From: Eledone cirrhosa
Lineage: Eukaryota
Direction: 5' to 3'
Assembly: GCA_964016885.1 (NCBI GenBank)
Contig: OZ024746.1
Coordinates: 85,498,001 to 85,562,000, forward strand
DNA length: 64,000 nucleotides
Shown: in pieces, positions 12,305 to 25,258 of the stretch
Layout: every line of letters begins with the position of its first letter
Position numbering within the stretch: the stretch's first letter is position 1
The notes under the pieces: model-generated
Database searches by the model: none
What the model was told of the DNA's origin: nothing
The model's input: only the letters and a program-made list of their open reading frames with translations
Translations under genes and position numbers: made by a program

Positions 12305-12640
12305 TGGAGGCACATGGCTTAGTGGTTAGAGCATTGGCCTTGCAAAGTTCAATTCTCAGACCGGGTGATGTGTTGTTTCCTTGAGCAAGACACTTTATTT
12401 CACATTACTCCAGTTTACTCAGCTGTAAAAATGAGATGATAGGGACTGGGGTCCCTATCATTCCACTGTAAAGTGGACGTGTAGGTGCCACGGCAAAAAA
12501 GCACCCAGCACTCACTGTAAATGAGGTTGGTGTTAGGAAGGGCATCCAGCTGTAGAAATCAAGCCAGAATCAGCTCCCGTCCCACCCTTGCAAGCAGGGA
12601 AAAGCGGACGTAAAATGAAATGATGATGATGAATGATGAT
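12305..12640 (+). mobile_element. Near full-length tRNA-CORE SINE with RTE tail
   Basis: A box TGGCTTAGTGG, B-box-like AGTTCAATTC and CORE-like ccttgagcaagacactt. The tail cccttgcaagcagggaaaagcggacgtaaaatga is nearly identical to the RTE end at 9110-9145. Confidence 0.85.
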
Positions 12641-13048
12641 CACTTTGACATAACTGAAGAGATATGTGAAATTAGTCCTCCAGATCCAGTAAGAGAAAAC
12701 ACAGTAATACTGTTATGTTGCATTTGCTTCGAGTTTCTTCTTGACCATAAAATTGCAACATCAATATTCATGGGAACAGCTACTGCATCAAATATTTTTT
12801 AACAGCAAGAGTATGAATTACAAGCAGTATTCACACTCACTGATAGTGAGCTGAGGTCCGAAGAAGAATTCAGTGTATCAAAATGTGACTCTACAAAAAT
12901 TTAGATACTCAGTCTCCAGAGGTAATTCCTGGTCAAAGCAGACCAAGAAAATACCAAAAGATTAGCTTTCACAGAGATTGGAGGAGTTCAATCATGTGAA
13001 AATATATGACCCATTGTGGATAGACTTGTTCAATAAAATGAGAAAATA

Positions 13049-13619
13049 CAAAGTACATTCAAGAAATTTTGAAACTTTTTCTTTTCAAGCACTTTTAATT
13101 GACCTTTGTAACTGTCACTTCTTGATATGGTTATAATAAGCTAATTTGCTAAATCTCTTTTTTCCAGGTTGAAGGTTCAGGTCACTACAGCACTTTAAAC
13201 ATTATTCCTCATACACGTCTTGTCACAGCTGACTGGTTCTACAATGCAGTCAGGACAATGGCCCCTTGCCACAAATCCATCCTGGTAACCAACTACTTGG
13301 CTGATATGGGGATCAAGACTGTCTCATCCTCCCTACAATCTAGACTTAGCTCCATGCAACTTCTGGATGTTCTCGAAGCTGAAGGAGAAGCTCAGGGGTA
13401 TCTGCTTTGAGGATGTGAAGGAGATGAAGGATGCTCTGACAAGTACCCTGGACACCTTCACTTTGGAGAACTACAAGGGAGCTTTCCAGAAGTGGTTGGA
13501 GCACTACAACAAGTGCATTGAAGTTAGAGGATCCTACTTTGAGAGAGACTGGAGTTTTGTGTTGATCTGTTAAATAAATATCTCTGATAAAAGTCTCAAA
13601 ATCTCTTGAGTGTACCTTG
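13049..13619 (+). mobile_element. Internally deleted Tc1/mariner element
   Basis: About 30-bp imperfect TIRs (caaagtacattcaagaaattttgaaactttt / aaaagtctcaaaatctcttgagtgtaccttg) with TA on both sides. Encodes PPYNLDLAPCNFWMFSKLK...KCIEVRGSYFE, the mariner YSPDLAP region. Confidence 0.9.
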
Positions 13620-14318
13620 TATTTAAAAGAAAAGATGAAGATATGACAGAAGAAACCCTATTGTATTACTAAACTGGCATGTGGTATAGTTCAAGGTCTA
13701 AATATTCTCTGCAAGTTTTATGGTCTTGAAGAAGAGGATGTCAAACTTGTGACAAAATTCAGCGTATTTCACTAATCCAACTTACTGCCAAAAGTGGTCA
13801 AAGATCCATCCTGAATCGTATCAAAGCAAACAATGCTTATTTTATCTTCTGAATTACATATAAATTGCTTAACATTTTTTAAACATTTTCAGTAACAACA
13901 TCAACTATGGAGTTTTTTTTACAAACTGCAGAACTTGTGTAGAGAAAAGAGATTCTCTGCTCTCATGCTGCTTGACATGGAAAAAGTCATCCCTGATTAT
14001 AATGATGGAATGATCAACATTTTCTAGTACATGACCCACAAGCAAATACTAGTATGATTTATTAAAGTATGCTGGCATCCTTATTTTTCAGTATGCATTA
14101 TATTGTAAATGATTCATTTTTGCTTTTATATATAATTTTTGCCTTTGTATTTTCCTGATAAGGTCAATACTTTTCTATTGCTGCTTAAAGTATAGTATAT
14201 TTCTATAGATTATTTATTTATAATTTCATATTATTCAACATTTAAATGAATATACATCAGACTGCTGTAATTTATATGGTGGACATAATAAAAGTCAAAA
14301 TAAGTAAAACTGAATAAT

Positions 14319-14705
14319 AATTGTTTCTACTTTTGGCACAAGACCAACAATTACCCCAGTGCATTACTGGTACTTTATTTTATCAACTCCGTAAGGATGA
14401 AAGGCAAAGTTTACCTCGGTGGGATTTGAACTCAGAATGTAAAGAGCCATAATTCTATGCTGCAAAGCATGGTGTTTGACGCTCTACCGATACTGCCAAT
14501 CCACTGCCTTAATATTAATAATTGTTTCTACTTTTGGCACAAGGCCAGCAATCACCCAGTGCATTACTGGTACTTTATTTTATCGACCCCGTAAGAATGA
14601 AAGGCAAAGTTAACCTCGGCGGGATTTGAACTCAGAATGGCAAGGGCCGTAACTCTATGCGTCAAAGCATGGCGTTCGACCCTCTACCAATACTGCCAAT
14701 CCATA
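14319..14705 (-). mobile_element. Two tandem tRNA-derived Nin-domain SINEs
   Basis: Minus strand: TGGCAGTATCGG A box, GAGTTCAAATCC B box, Nin-like gcctttcatccttacggggtcgataaaataaagtacc and tail ggccttgtgccaaaagtagaaacaatta. Confidence 0.85.
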
Positions 14706-15954
14706 GCAAATAGGCTCTGGTATTTCAATATCTTTATATCTTTAATCATCTTTATACATAAAAATAACGCAGTGAATTTAATGGAATTTTTTGGTTCCTA
14801 TATATCATAATCATTTTATGTCTGCTTTCTGTGCTGGCATGGGTTGGTTGTTAGGTTGTCACAGTTTGATCAGTTCTTCTTCTGAGTTACTGTCCTCCTA
14901 GATGTCTCAAGGACCATGTCATGGTCATTGATTTCAAAATTTTGGCATGGTTTCTATGACAGGATGCTCTTCCTAACACCAACTCCTTTATAGAATGTAC
15001 TGAGTGCATTTTATCATAACACCAACTCTAGAGAGATTGTTTTAACCACTACAAGTCCAGAGAGACTTCTCCATTCCATAAAGTCTTTATTGTTTCAGAG
15101 CAGACATTACTGAAGGGGTGTGCTGACCAAGAGTTGAAAAAGGAGAGAGTATGATATATAAATGGGAAGGTGGAAAGTAAGTAACAGGTTAGTGGGAGGG
15201 AGAATTATATTGGTTGCTAAGAAGTTGAGTACTGTAGGGGAACAGCATGTGCAACATAACAAGATGCCAATAGAGTGATGGGTTAGTAGCCAGAGGAATA
15301 TATAGATATATCTGTAATATATATTACTGTAAATGTGGTTGGTGTTAGGAAGCGTATCCAGCTGTAAAAAAAAACCCAGCCAAATTTACAGTTCCCTGTT
15401 GGAGCAAGGTACAGTGTGGCCAATTCTAGCCAGACTTGTCTCTTGACACGGACGCCCCATCTAACCCATGCAAGCATGGAAAATGGACGTTAAATGATGA
15501 TGATGATAGAATATAATGCTCTATGATCAAACTTAAACCGTTTTGGTTCTAGTTGCAGGTAGGTTTAGGTCTATTGTTATTGTCTTTTGATTAATTTTGG
15601 CAAAAATCTAGATATGTAGATGTTTATTTTTTTAGGGTGTTGTGTTGGTGTTGCATAATAGACCATCTCTATCTCTCTCTCTCTCTTTATATATATATAT
15701 ATAGCTTGTATGGCATTGTAGATTTCATTTTAAAAATGTTAGGGAAGTACTCTTTTTTCAACTGGGCTCCTGTCCTTCTGAAAGTCCGTACAAATCATTG
15801 CAAACTCTAAATACATTTATGTATGTTTATGAATGAGTATATGTGTTTGTATGTGTGTATGTTTATGAATGAGTATATGTGTTTGTATGTGTGTATGTTT
15901 ATGAATGAGAATATGTGTTTGTGTGTGTGTATGTTTCTACATTCACACGAACAT

Positions 15955-16232
15955 ATCATCATATAACCGGCCTTTCGTACGCAGGGAGAAACTCTTCTTC
16001 GTCACCAGAGGAAGCAGCTCCCTAAACTTCTTCCAACCCGTCCTTATTCTAGATACTATGGCCTCGGAACCCCCCCCCCCCCCCCATGCTAATCTGATCT
16101 CCTAGGTACCAGAAGCTATCGACCACTACTATAGCACCTACCTGCATTTGAAAAATGTGTCTATCAATGCGACTTCTACTGTCTAATTTCCCTGTACATC
16201 TACTACATATGTATTTCTCCCTACCTGTTAGT
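15955..16232 (-). mobile_element. RTE LINE internal fragment
   Basis: VVDSFWYLGDQISMGGG, then RIRTGWKKFRELLPLV on the minus strand. Confidence 0.8.
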
Positions 16233-18147
16233 TTGCCTGCTATATGTTTATGGGTTTTGAGTATGTGTGAGTGTCTGCATATATGTATTTGTATATATAT
16301 ATATATGCATGTGTACACGAATATATGTGTATATATGCTCATGTATGTTTGTGTATGTATGCATATCCAGCTGAAGGTAAATTTATGTATGTTGCTTTTA
16401 AGTATGCATATGTGTGTGAGCATAGAGATATGTGTCTATAATCTTCATCATCAGGTAATGTCTGTTGCTTCACATATGTGTGTGCTTGCAAGAGTACATG
16501 TGCATATGTATGTATGTGTACTTAAGAAGCTGGGACACCATTTGGAATTAAGTATTTTATGTGAGAGGTATTGTAAGAACTCTACTATATCATATCACAT
16601 TATGATTATATTAAATGATAAGTGGTGTAATGATTAGAGTTAAGGATTAAAGTTAAGACAAAACAAAATAAAAAAAAAAATACTAGAAAACAACAATAAC
16701 AACAACCATAACTATAAAATGAATTCCCAATTTTTTTTTAAAGCAACATCAATGGGATTATCTATATTAATACAAATCATCCTGGAGGATTATTAACAAC
16801 CCCATCCCCCACAGAAAAAAGAAGGCAAACATATTACTGTAGAAGCCGCATATTATAATCACAGATAAAGTAATCAGACAATTATCCTTATATCAAAGTT
16901 AGTGGGTCTCTAGCATGTTTAGGATATGTTTACATCCTCTGGTTAATGTTATCAGCCAGTTATTGTTATCTAAACAAAATCTCTGTCCTTGAGTGATCAC
17001 AATAAGTGGCTTCCACTATATATAAGTTCATAATATTAAGGAATGGAGAAAATATATATGGACCTATAAATAGGAAAAAAAAGGAACAAAATGAATATAT
17101 ATATAAGAAGATAAACAAATAAAATTAAGTAAAACAATAGTTTTTTTTTCCACTACTAGAATAGTGAGATTATGCATAATATTATTGATTTCTTCTTTAG
17201 GGAACAAGGTCAATTTTTTGTAGGTGGGAGGTAGGTAGGCCTGTATGAAATTAATTGAATGTAACCTAGTCCCCTCGACTCAGTTGAATCTGTGATAGAT
17301 ATTACTGCTACTTATTTTATCATTTTGCCTCATGATGAAATGCAAAGTTAACTCTGTTGACAAGATTCCTCCTCAACACCACCATCATCATCACCATCAG
17401 CTTACATTTATTTTTCTTGCTGGCATGGGTTGGATATTTGTTACAGCCTGAATGAGTTCTTATTCAGAGTTACTCCCTCCTAGATGGGTATCAGAAGACC
17501 ACATCTTCCTCATATGTTCGATTTCTCATGCTTTCTATAGTCGGATGCCCTTCATAACACTAACTACTCTATAGAATATACTGAGTGCATTGTATTGTGA
17601 CACGAACACTAGAGAGGTTGTTATGTCCTCGACAAGACTAAAAAGTTCTCGGTATTCTACATTGTCCCTTTTCATTCACCAATACAGACTGTATTGGGTG
17701 CATTTACCATGGCATCAATACTAAAGAGATTGTCCTGTCCCTTGAAAGACTAAGAAGTCCTCTCCATTTTACAAGTGACTTTGAGAGTGTGATTAGGAAA
17801 GAAGGGGGAAATGGCCAGATGATTTGGCTGCTATCTCTAGCATGTTGTTACCATATAGAGGTTTCCTCATCAGACCATATTGATATATTATTTATTGGTA
17901 TTGTTTTGCATGTGTATTTGTTTAGATTAGATGGCAGTATTTCTAAAAGTAGGAGTTTCACAAAGCAACAATCCTAAATACAAATGTATTGTATATAAGG
18001 ATTGGTGCACAGGATTCAAGAAGATAAAATAAAAAACAAAACAAACAAAAAAAGCAATATGGATGATGAGAAGTCAAAATATTTGTGTAAGAAGTAAACT
18101 TGATGAGTTTTCTGTGGAGGATAAGTTATTTCCCGTTGTCATCTTAA

Positions 18148-18368
18148 CCCTTTAGCATTTACATTACTCTATATTTACTATTATATTTTCATGGTAAAGG
18201 CTTAACCTCACATAATTATCTCACATAGTATCGAATCTATGAGATTTTGATATTATTCATTTTGAGAACAATACCTTAACATCAGTATGAGTGGCCAGTT
18301 ACAGCTTGTTTGAACAGAAAGAGGTGAGAGAACTCTGGCCGGATATAGCCAGGTTAAATGCAACAGGA
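18148..18368 (+). mobile_element. piggyBac-type MITE
   Basis: TTAA|ccctttagcattta ... taaatgcaacagga|TTAA. Confidence 0.7.
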
Positions 18369-19544
18369 TTAATATATATGAGTGAATGTATGTTCCAAGT
18401 TGTATGCTATAGTTTTGCACTTAGATTGATTAGAGTTTGCATTGAGATACATATTTTCTAGAAGGATGTCATAGGCAATGAAACTTTGTCTGAAATTTAT
18501 TCTTTTTAATTTTAAACAGAAGAATTAAGAATATTGTATATCCCCAAACATCTATAAACATTGGAAAGAATTACTGATTAGAAAATTAATTTATTAAGGA
18601 TAGTTATGTAAATTAATACAGAGTTTTGACAAAAACAAAAACCAATTTTTCACATAAAATAAAATAAATGTAAGAGTAAAATTTTATTTTAACTTCTATA
18701 TAAACTTATTATTTATTAATTTATTTATTTGCATGTTTTCATGAAACTTAGCTTGAACCATCTGCTGGATGGCTTTAACATGACAATTCTGAATCAATCA
18801 ACATTCCGGAATGAATCAAAGATAGTTTGCAACTTTTAAAAGTAATTTATTGAAAATATAGTGAATTCATTCCCTTATTTTAAATATTAATAAACCTCAG
18901 CAAGGCCAGGTACAGCTGCTAGTGCTAGTTGTTAAAAGGAGTTGTCACTTCACATTTGGGTAAACTACTCTCTCCATATAACTATGAATAATATACAAGA
19001 ATAATATAAAAGAAACTGCTCTAAGAATATTCACATGCTAGCATGATAAAGTTGATTGCTTGACTTTTTGAGATCAAGAATATTCATATAATCTTTTCTT
19101 AGAAAATTTGATACATATTCCTCATTGATAGTAGTGATTTACTCGAAAACCAAACAGAAAGTTTAAACCAGATTTGAAGTCACAACCTACAAGTTCGGTT
19201 GTGTAATATCTTATCAAGTTAGCCAAAGAATGTTTGTTAATTTTAGGAAAATACATATCCGTTCAACGTTTCTAAAAATTGATCATATATATGTGTGTGT
19301 ATTCTAATCTTGATTAGGCAAGGTACTGAAGAGATAATTGACCTGCTAACATCAATTGATTTACTAGAGCCTATTCCCTGACAGAATCTGGGCAGAACTA
19401 AAAAAGCAACTCTTTTCTTAAAGCCAGAAACAGAATGAGATATATTCACATATAAACACATCTGCTAACATTTAAAATATCAAAAGATCTGGTATTTGTG
19501 TGAGATCCTATCCAGAAAGTATGGTACTTATTTTCTAGCAAGGT

Positions 19545-19727
19545 GGAATGGCAGTATTAGTAGAGGGGCGGACGCCATGCTTTGCAGCATAGAGTTACAG
19601 CCCTTTACAGTCTGAGTTCAAATCCTGCCGAGGTTAACTTTGCCTTTCATCCTTATGGGGTCGATAAAATAAAGCACCAGTAATGCTTTGGAATAATTGC
19701 TGGCCTTGTGCCAAAAGTAGAAATAAT
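19545..19727 (+). mobile_element. Nin-domain SINE
   Basis: Same family as 14319-14705, in + orientation. Confidence 0.85.
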
Positions 19728-19994
19728 AATATTAAAGAAAGGGATCAAAGGATGCACTTTCTCTCGTGGCAATTTCGAAGGGACAGATTGTGTTTCTAGG
19801 GTTTTATGTGAAATTCTAATTTCTGGCAGAGTTTCTGAGTTCTTGGGTTACGTAAGTAAAGGACCACCCAAGGTTTGCAACTTTGCCTTTTTCACCACAC
19901 ATAGGCACAAGGCTACGTATTTTTTTTATGAAAGTAGGGAAAATGCCATTAGATGGAACCCTTAATTTGTTTTATTGAGGAAAGGATTAAATTA

Positions 19995-20805
19995 ACCCCA
20001 TAATTATTTTTCCTGTTTTTTTTTAAATTTTTATCTTTCGTGTGCTATCAACTAATCTGATCCCCGAACATGCCACAAAATACTTTTGCTTCGGAAAACG
20101 GAATCGAAGGAGGTGATATTGGACTTTCCCTTCACCCACAGAGTTTTCTTTACCATTTTTTTAGTGTGTTATCAACGAATCTAATTTACAAAACAGTCGT
20201 AAACGACTAGCTTTTTTAGAAAATGGAGAGGGAAAGGCGGGAAGACCATTGGAGTTTCACAGATCTGCACCCCTCTCGTTTTTGGTGGGAAATTGTTTTC
20301 ATGGGATTTTTCGCGTGTTATCGACAAATCTGATCTCCAAACACACTAACGATAATCTCTAAACCTAACAATAACACTAATCCCTACACCTAACCTTAAT
20401 AAAAACCCTAACCCTAACAATAAACCGATCCCCTTTCTGTTTTACGAGAAAAAAAAGGCCTTTGCAGCATATTCGGAAGAAAGTTTAATTGATGGCACAC
20501 CAGAAAATCGAGGAAAAATAATTATCTCCTAACCTTAATAAAAACCCTAACCCTAACCGATCCCCTTTCCGTTTTCCAAGAAAAAAAAAGTCCTTTGCAG
20601 CATATTCGGAAGAAAGTTTAATTGATGGCACACCAGAAAATCGAGGAAAAATAATTATTTCCTAACCTTAATAAAAACCGTAACCCTAACAATAAACCGA
20701 TCCCCTTTCCGTTTTCCAAGAAAAAAAAAGTCCTTTGCCGCATATTCGGAAGAAAGTTTAATTGATGGCACACCAGAAAATCGAGGAAAAATAATTATTT
20801 CCTAC
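19995..20805. repeat. Foldback-like composite: three diverged inverted units, a (CCCTAA)-like centre and three ~135-bp direct units
   Basis: Direct units at about 20390, 20530 and 20663 are near-identical. Their reverse complement aligns with units at about 20000, 20155 and 20290 (gtgtgctatcaactaatctga..ccgaacatgc..ggaaaacggaa). Confidence 0.7.
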
Positions 20806-20864
20806 TGAAATCGATGTGGGTGTTCTATAATAATACCTCCTTTTTTTTTTTACCATTAATTATT

Positions 20865-21840
20865 TTTAACATAAGCACAAGACTCAAATTTCGCTAGGAT
20901 GTGTTTGGTGATTAAATTGATCCAGTGCTTGGCTGGTACTATATACTATCGACATCGGATTTAAACTCAGAATGTAAAGAGCTTGTATAAATACCATACA
21001 AAGACGTTCTAACGACTCTGTCTGCCCACTCATTGCCCTAAATCATTTCTAACATAGGGCACAAGATCACAAATTAGTGGAGATGGGTTTAGCCGATTAA
21101 ATCAATCCAAATACTTGACTGGGATTTATTTTAACGGCCTCGGAATGATGAAAAGCAAAGTTGACCTTTGCGAGATTTGAATTCAGAACAATAAACTATA
21201 ATGTTACATAAAAAAAAAATGTATTAATAGTAATCATTTCTAACATAAATACATGTCAAAAATTATGGGGAGTGGTCATCGGCACAGTATTTGACTGGCA
21301 CTTTTTTTTATCGGCTCCAAAAATATGAAAATGCTTAGACCGCGATAACATTTGAGTTAAGAACGTAAAGGGAAGGTACAAATACTGACGTTATACCAAT
21401 TCACCACTCTGAATAATTTCTAATAATACTCTAGGCACAAAGCCACAAATGTGGTGAGAGAGTTTACTCAATTAAATCGATCCTAGAACTTGACTGGTAC
21501 TTTATTTTTTATTGACCTCGGAACCTTGAAAGGCGAAGTTGACCGCGGTGTGATTTGAATTCAGAACGAAAAGGAGCTACGGTGGTTAATAATAATTCCT
21601 TTTATTATTAATCGTTTCTACTTTTGGCACAAGGCCAGCAATTATCTCAGTGAATTACTGGTGCTTTATTTTATCGACCCTGTAAGGATGAAAAGCAAAG
21701 TTTACCTTTTATTAATAATAATGATTGTTTCTACTTTTGGTACAAGGCCTGGAATTTGAAGGGAAGGCGAAAGTCGATTAACTCGACCAACCCCATAAGG
21801 ATGAAAGGCAAAGCGGGATTTGAAATCAAAACGAAAAGGA
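20865..21840 (-). mobile_element. Array of decayed Nin-domain SINEs, all on the minus strand
   Basis: About six successive partial copies carrying gactggtact..ttatcgac..aaaggcaaagttgacc..gatttgaa. Confidence 0.7.
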
Positions 21841-22019
21841 TCTACTGTGTGTTAGTTCCTTTTATAATGAAAAATATTCTTCCTCAGATCATTCAAATAA
21901 GTAAACTCCCTTTCCTATAACACCGGTACAAAACTGGGAGTTATCTCCCATAAAAGCCAAAATTGTCCTTCTACTACTACCCAATACATTGTCCCCACAA
22001 TAATGACTAAACAAACAAC

Positions 22020-22490
22020 AAAATATAAGAAAGTCGATTTGTGTGAACGAATGTTGCTTGTGATAATGAACGTGTGACTGTTTATATTGAATGATATCTC
22101 TTTTCGCCAGGTTTTGAAGGTCGGTGCCTTCAATTAATATACTTACAGCATTTTGAATATAATTTTTGTTTTATGGAGATTTTGATAATGATCTGAACGT
22201 ATTTTAATTCATATGCATACATAAATATATAATATTATATTTGCTTTTACCATCGTCAGACCCGGCCGGTATAATACTACCTGCTTTCCTTCGCCTCGTC
22301 ATTTCCGGGAAGGGATGCAAGTTATAAAGTAATAGAAATACATACTGAGAGAGGGAGGGTGGAAGAGAGCAAGCGAGAAAGAGGAGGGGGAAGAGGAGGT
22401 CGATGACGACGAGAAAGATAGAAAAGAGATAGAAGGGCAAAGACATACAGGGAGGGGGAATATCAGTTGTATCTGATATAAGCTTGATAG
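22020..22490 (+). promoter_or_regulatory. Putative malectin promoter and non-coding first exon
   Basis: CpG-retaining, non-repetitive sequence with an ETS-like TTCCGG at about 22303. Perfect donor AG|GTAAGT at 22490/22491 and candidate acceptor TTTCAG| at 22650. Confidence 0.5.
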
Positions 22491-22750
22491 GTAAGTGGAA
22501 GTGTTGTAAACCTGTTTGTCTTGGCTTTGCCGAGCCTCGTGTGTATGTTGAGTGTATGTGAATGTTAGATTATTTGTTAACAATACAAACTAAAAGCAGA
22601 ACAGACATCCAGTGTTTGGAACCTTAATATTTCTCATTCAAACATTTCAGAAACGCATTCGTTATATGCATAGACACAAACATATATGTTTGTATTCTAC
22701 ACACGCGTATATGTATACATACAGCAATATAGATCGACCTGAAGAGATAG

Positions 22751-23500
22751 ATGACGTTACGAAGTGAAGCTTGCACCAACATGTTTATCTCAGCCAAATC
22801 GAGGAGGACTTTTAGTAGTGGCCGCAACACAAGACCGGATTCATCGAGAAAAATAGTTAACAGTGTGGTTAGCAACGTTATAGACTACAGTAGTGATATT
22901 AACATGACATCAGCGGATTCCGCAGCTGTATCTACCATAGATACTGCTGGTACTACAATAATAACATCTGCCAGACGCCAACACATGAGAACAAGCAAAC
23001 CATATGTGTCGTCGTTTACCTCACCTTCTTGGCCGGGCCCACAGGTTTGTAGATCGGGTGTTCGAACGAACCGTGCGGGGTTTAAAAAAACAGGTTTCAT
23101 GGTCGAAAATGTTAGCTACGATCTGACCAAAATGCTACACCGAATCTGCTGTCCGACTAGTTCGTCAATTTTTACCATCCTATGTCTTATATGTTTGTTG
23201 TGCTTCCCTGGTTGTGTCGAGGGCTTAGGAGAAATCACGTGGGCAGTGAACTGTGGCGGTGGTGTCCATACTGACATCCATGGAATTCGATATCAAGCCG
23301 ACTACCTTAAGACTGGAATAGCGTCTGATTATGGAAAAAACCTGATGATACAACGGATCGTTCCTCAAGACCAGATTCTATACCAAACTGAGAGATATCA
23401 CACATCAACTTTCGGCTATGAAATTCCTATCAAAGAAGACGGAGACTATGTATTGACGTTGAAGTTCTGTGAAGTCTGGTTCACATCACCTAATCAAAAG
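22751..23500 (+). CDS. MLEC: Malectin, first coding exon; start may be 22751, 23099 or 23132
   Basis: Hydrophobic signal-like [19 protein letters not shown], then [64 protein letters not shown], colinear with vertebrate malectin. Phase-0 donor AAG|GTATGT at 23500/23501, where homology stops. Confidence 0.95.
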
Positions 23501-23972
23501 GTATGTCCATCCATGCCATACCGGCTTGTGTGTTTTTATCTTTTTTTCCATTCAACAATATTTTATCAGCAGGATACTAACATTATATTTTTAAAAAAAA
23601 ACGAAATAAATTACAATAAAACTCAAAGTGAGTAAAATGTAATAGTGTTCTTTTTAAAAAGAAAATAATACAACTTCTATAATTAATCTTTAATCAGAAA
23701 CACTTCATCGCTGTCTGAGTTTAAATCCTGTTTGGATCAACTTAGCTTTTCAATCTAGTCATGCAATTGAGGGGCGATTCAATCGGCTGTGCATTACTCC
23801 CTTATGAACTTGTAAGCCTTATATCTATTTATAAATTATTATTTTTAAACCTGATATAAACTATTGTTTAATTAGATTGCAGGAGGTAGGGTAATATGGT
23901 TCACCATCAACGGGGTAATTGTTGATGGAATACATAACATCTACGTTTAATATGTAGTCACACACTAACCGG

Positions 23973-24024
23973 ATATATATGTATATATATATACACACAC
24001 ACCCATACATGTATATGGATGGGT

Positions 24025-24060
<36 letters not shown>

Positions 24061-24100
24061 AGTATGGATGTATGTGTTTATGTATGGATGTATGTGTGTG

Positions 24101-24133
<33 letters not shown>

Positions 24134-24140
24134 ATGTATG

Positions 24141-24171
<31 letters not shown>

Positions 24172-24332
24172 ATATATATATATATATATATATGGATGTA
24201 TGTATGTGTATGTATATATATATATGGATGTGTGTATGTATGTATATATATATATATGGATGTGTGTATGTGTATATATATATATATATATATATAGATG
24301 TATGTGTATATATATATATGTATGTATGTGTG

Positions 24333-24363
<31 letters not shown>

Positions 24364-25258
24364 GTGTATATATATATATATATAGATGTGTGTGTATATA
24401 TATATATATATATAGATGTATGTGTATATATATATATGGATGTATGTGTATATATATATGGATGTATGTGTATATATATATGGATGTGTGTGTATATATA
24501 TATGGATGTGTGTGTATATATATATGGATGTGTGTGTATATATATATGGATGTATGTGTATATATATATATGGATGTGTATATATATATATGGATGTGTA
24601 TATATATATATGGATGTGTGTATATATATATGGATGTGTGTATATATGTATGTATATATATATATGGATGTATGTGTGTATATATATGTGTGTATATATA
24701 TATGTGTATGTATGTATATATATATGGATGTATGTGTATATATATATGTGTGTATGTGTATATATATATGTGTATGTGTGTATGTGTATGTGTGTATGTG
24801 TATATATATGTGTATGTGTGTATGTATATATATATATGGATGTATGTGTGTGTGTATATATATATGTGTGTGTGTATATATATGTGTGTGTGTATATATA
24901 TATATATGTGTATATATATATGTGTGTGTGTATATATGTGTGTGTGTATATATATGTATATGTGTGTGTATATATATGTGTGTGTGTATATATATGTGTG
25001 TGTGTATATATATGTATGTGTGTGTGTATATATATATATATATATGTGTGTGTATATATATATGTATGTGTGTGTGTATATATATGTATGTGTGTGTGTG
25101 TGTATATATGTATGTGTGTGTGTGTGTATGTATGCGTTTGTGTATATATATATATGTGTATGTATGTGTTTGTATATATATATATATATATATATAGGCA
25201 TATGATTATACATATATGTGTGTATATTTATATATATATATGTGTGTGTGTGTGTATG
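23973..25258. repeat. Long compound (TA)n/(TG)n/(TATG)n microsatellite with GGATG punctuation
   Basis: Directly visible. Confidence 0.97.

Larger units (their letters stand above)
11190..14045 (+). mobile_element. Highly decayed hAT (ZMYM1/DUF4371-like) transposase with nested insertions
   Basis: NCLELVQLVAKY (about 11224), IEETTDV (about 11415), SQDYDQAANICGSYKGLQSR (about 11597-11657; compare GQGYDGAANMSG..GLQ) and VTTSTME / SALMLLDME near 13890-13985 (hAT dimerisation region). Confidence 0.55.

Noticed and set aside
12305-12365. tRNA genes at SINE heads (also 40325 and 50911)
   Set aside because: A and B boxes are present but continue into SINE bodies, with no complete cloverleaf or terminator.
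19243-19461. 72-aa minus-strand ORF as an exon of a divergent gene
   Set aside because: No recognisable domain or convincing splice sites.
20350-20425. Interstitial telomere or chromosome fusion site
   Set aside because: Only two or three exact CCCTAA units, embedded in a larger tandem unit; better explained as part of a repeat element.
23501-23635. C-terminal part of the 294-aa ORF
   Set aside because: Read-through past the GT donor into AT-rich intron; malectin similarity ends at NQK.
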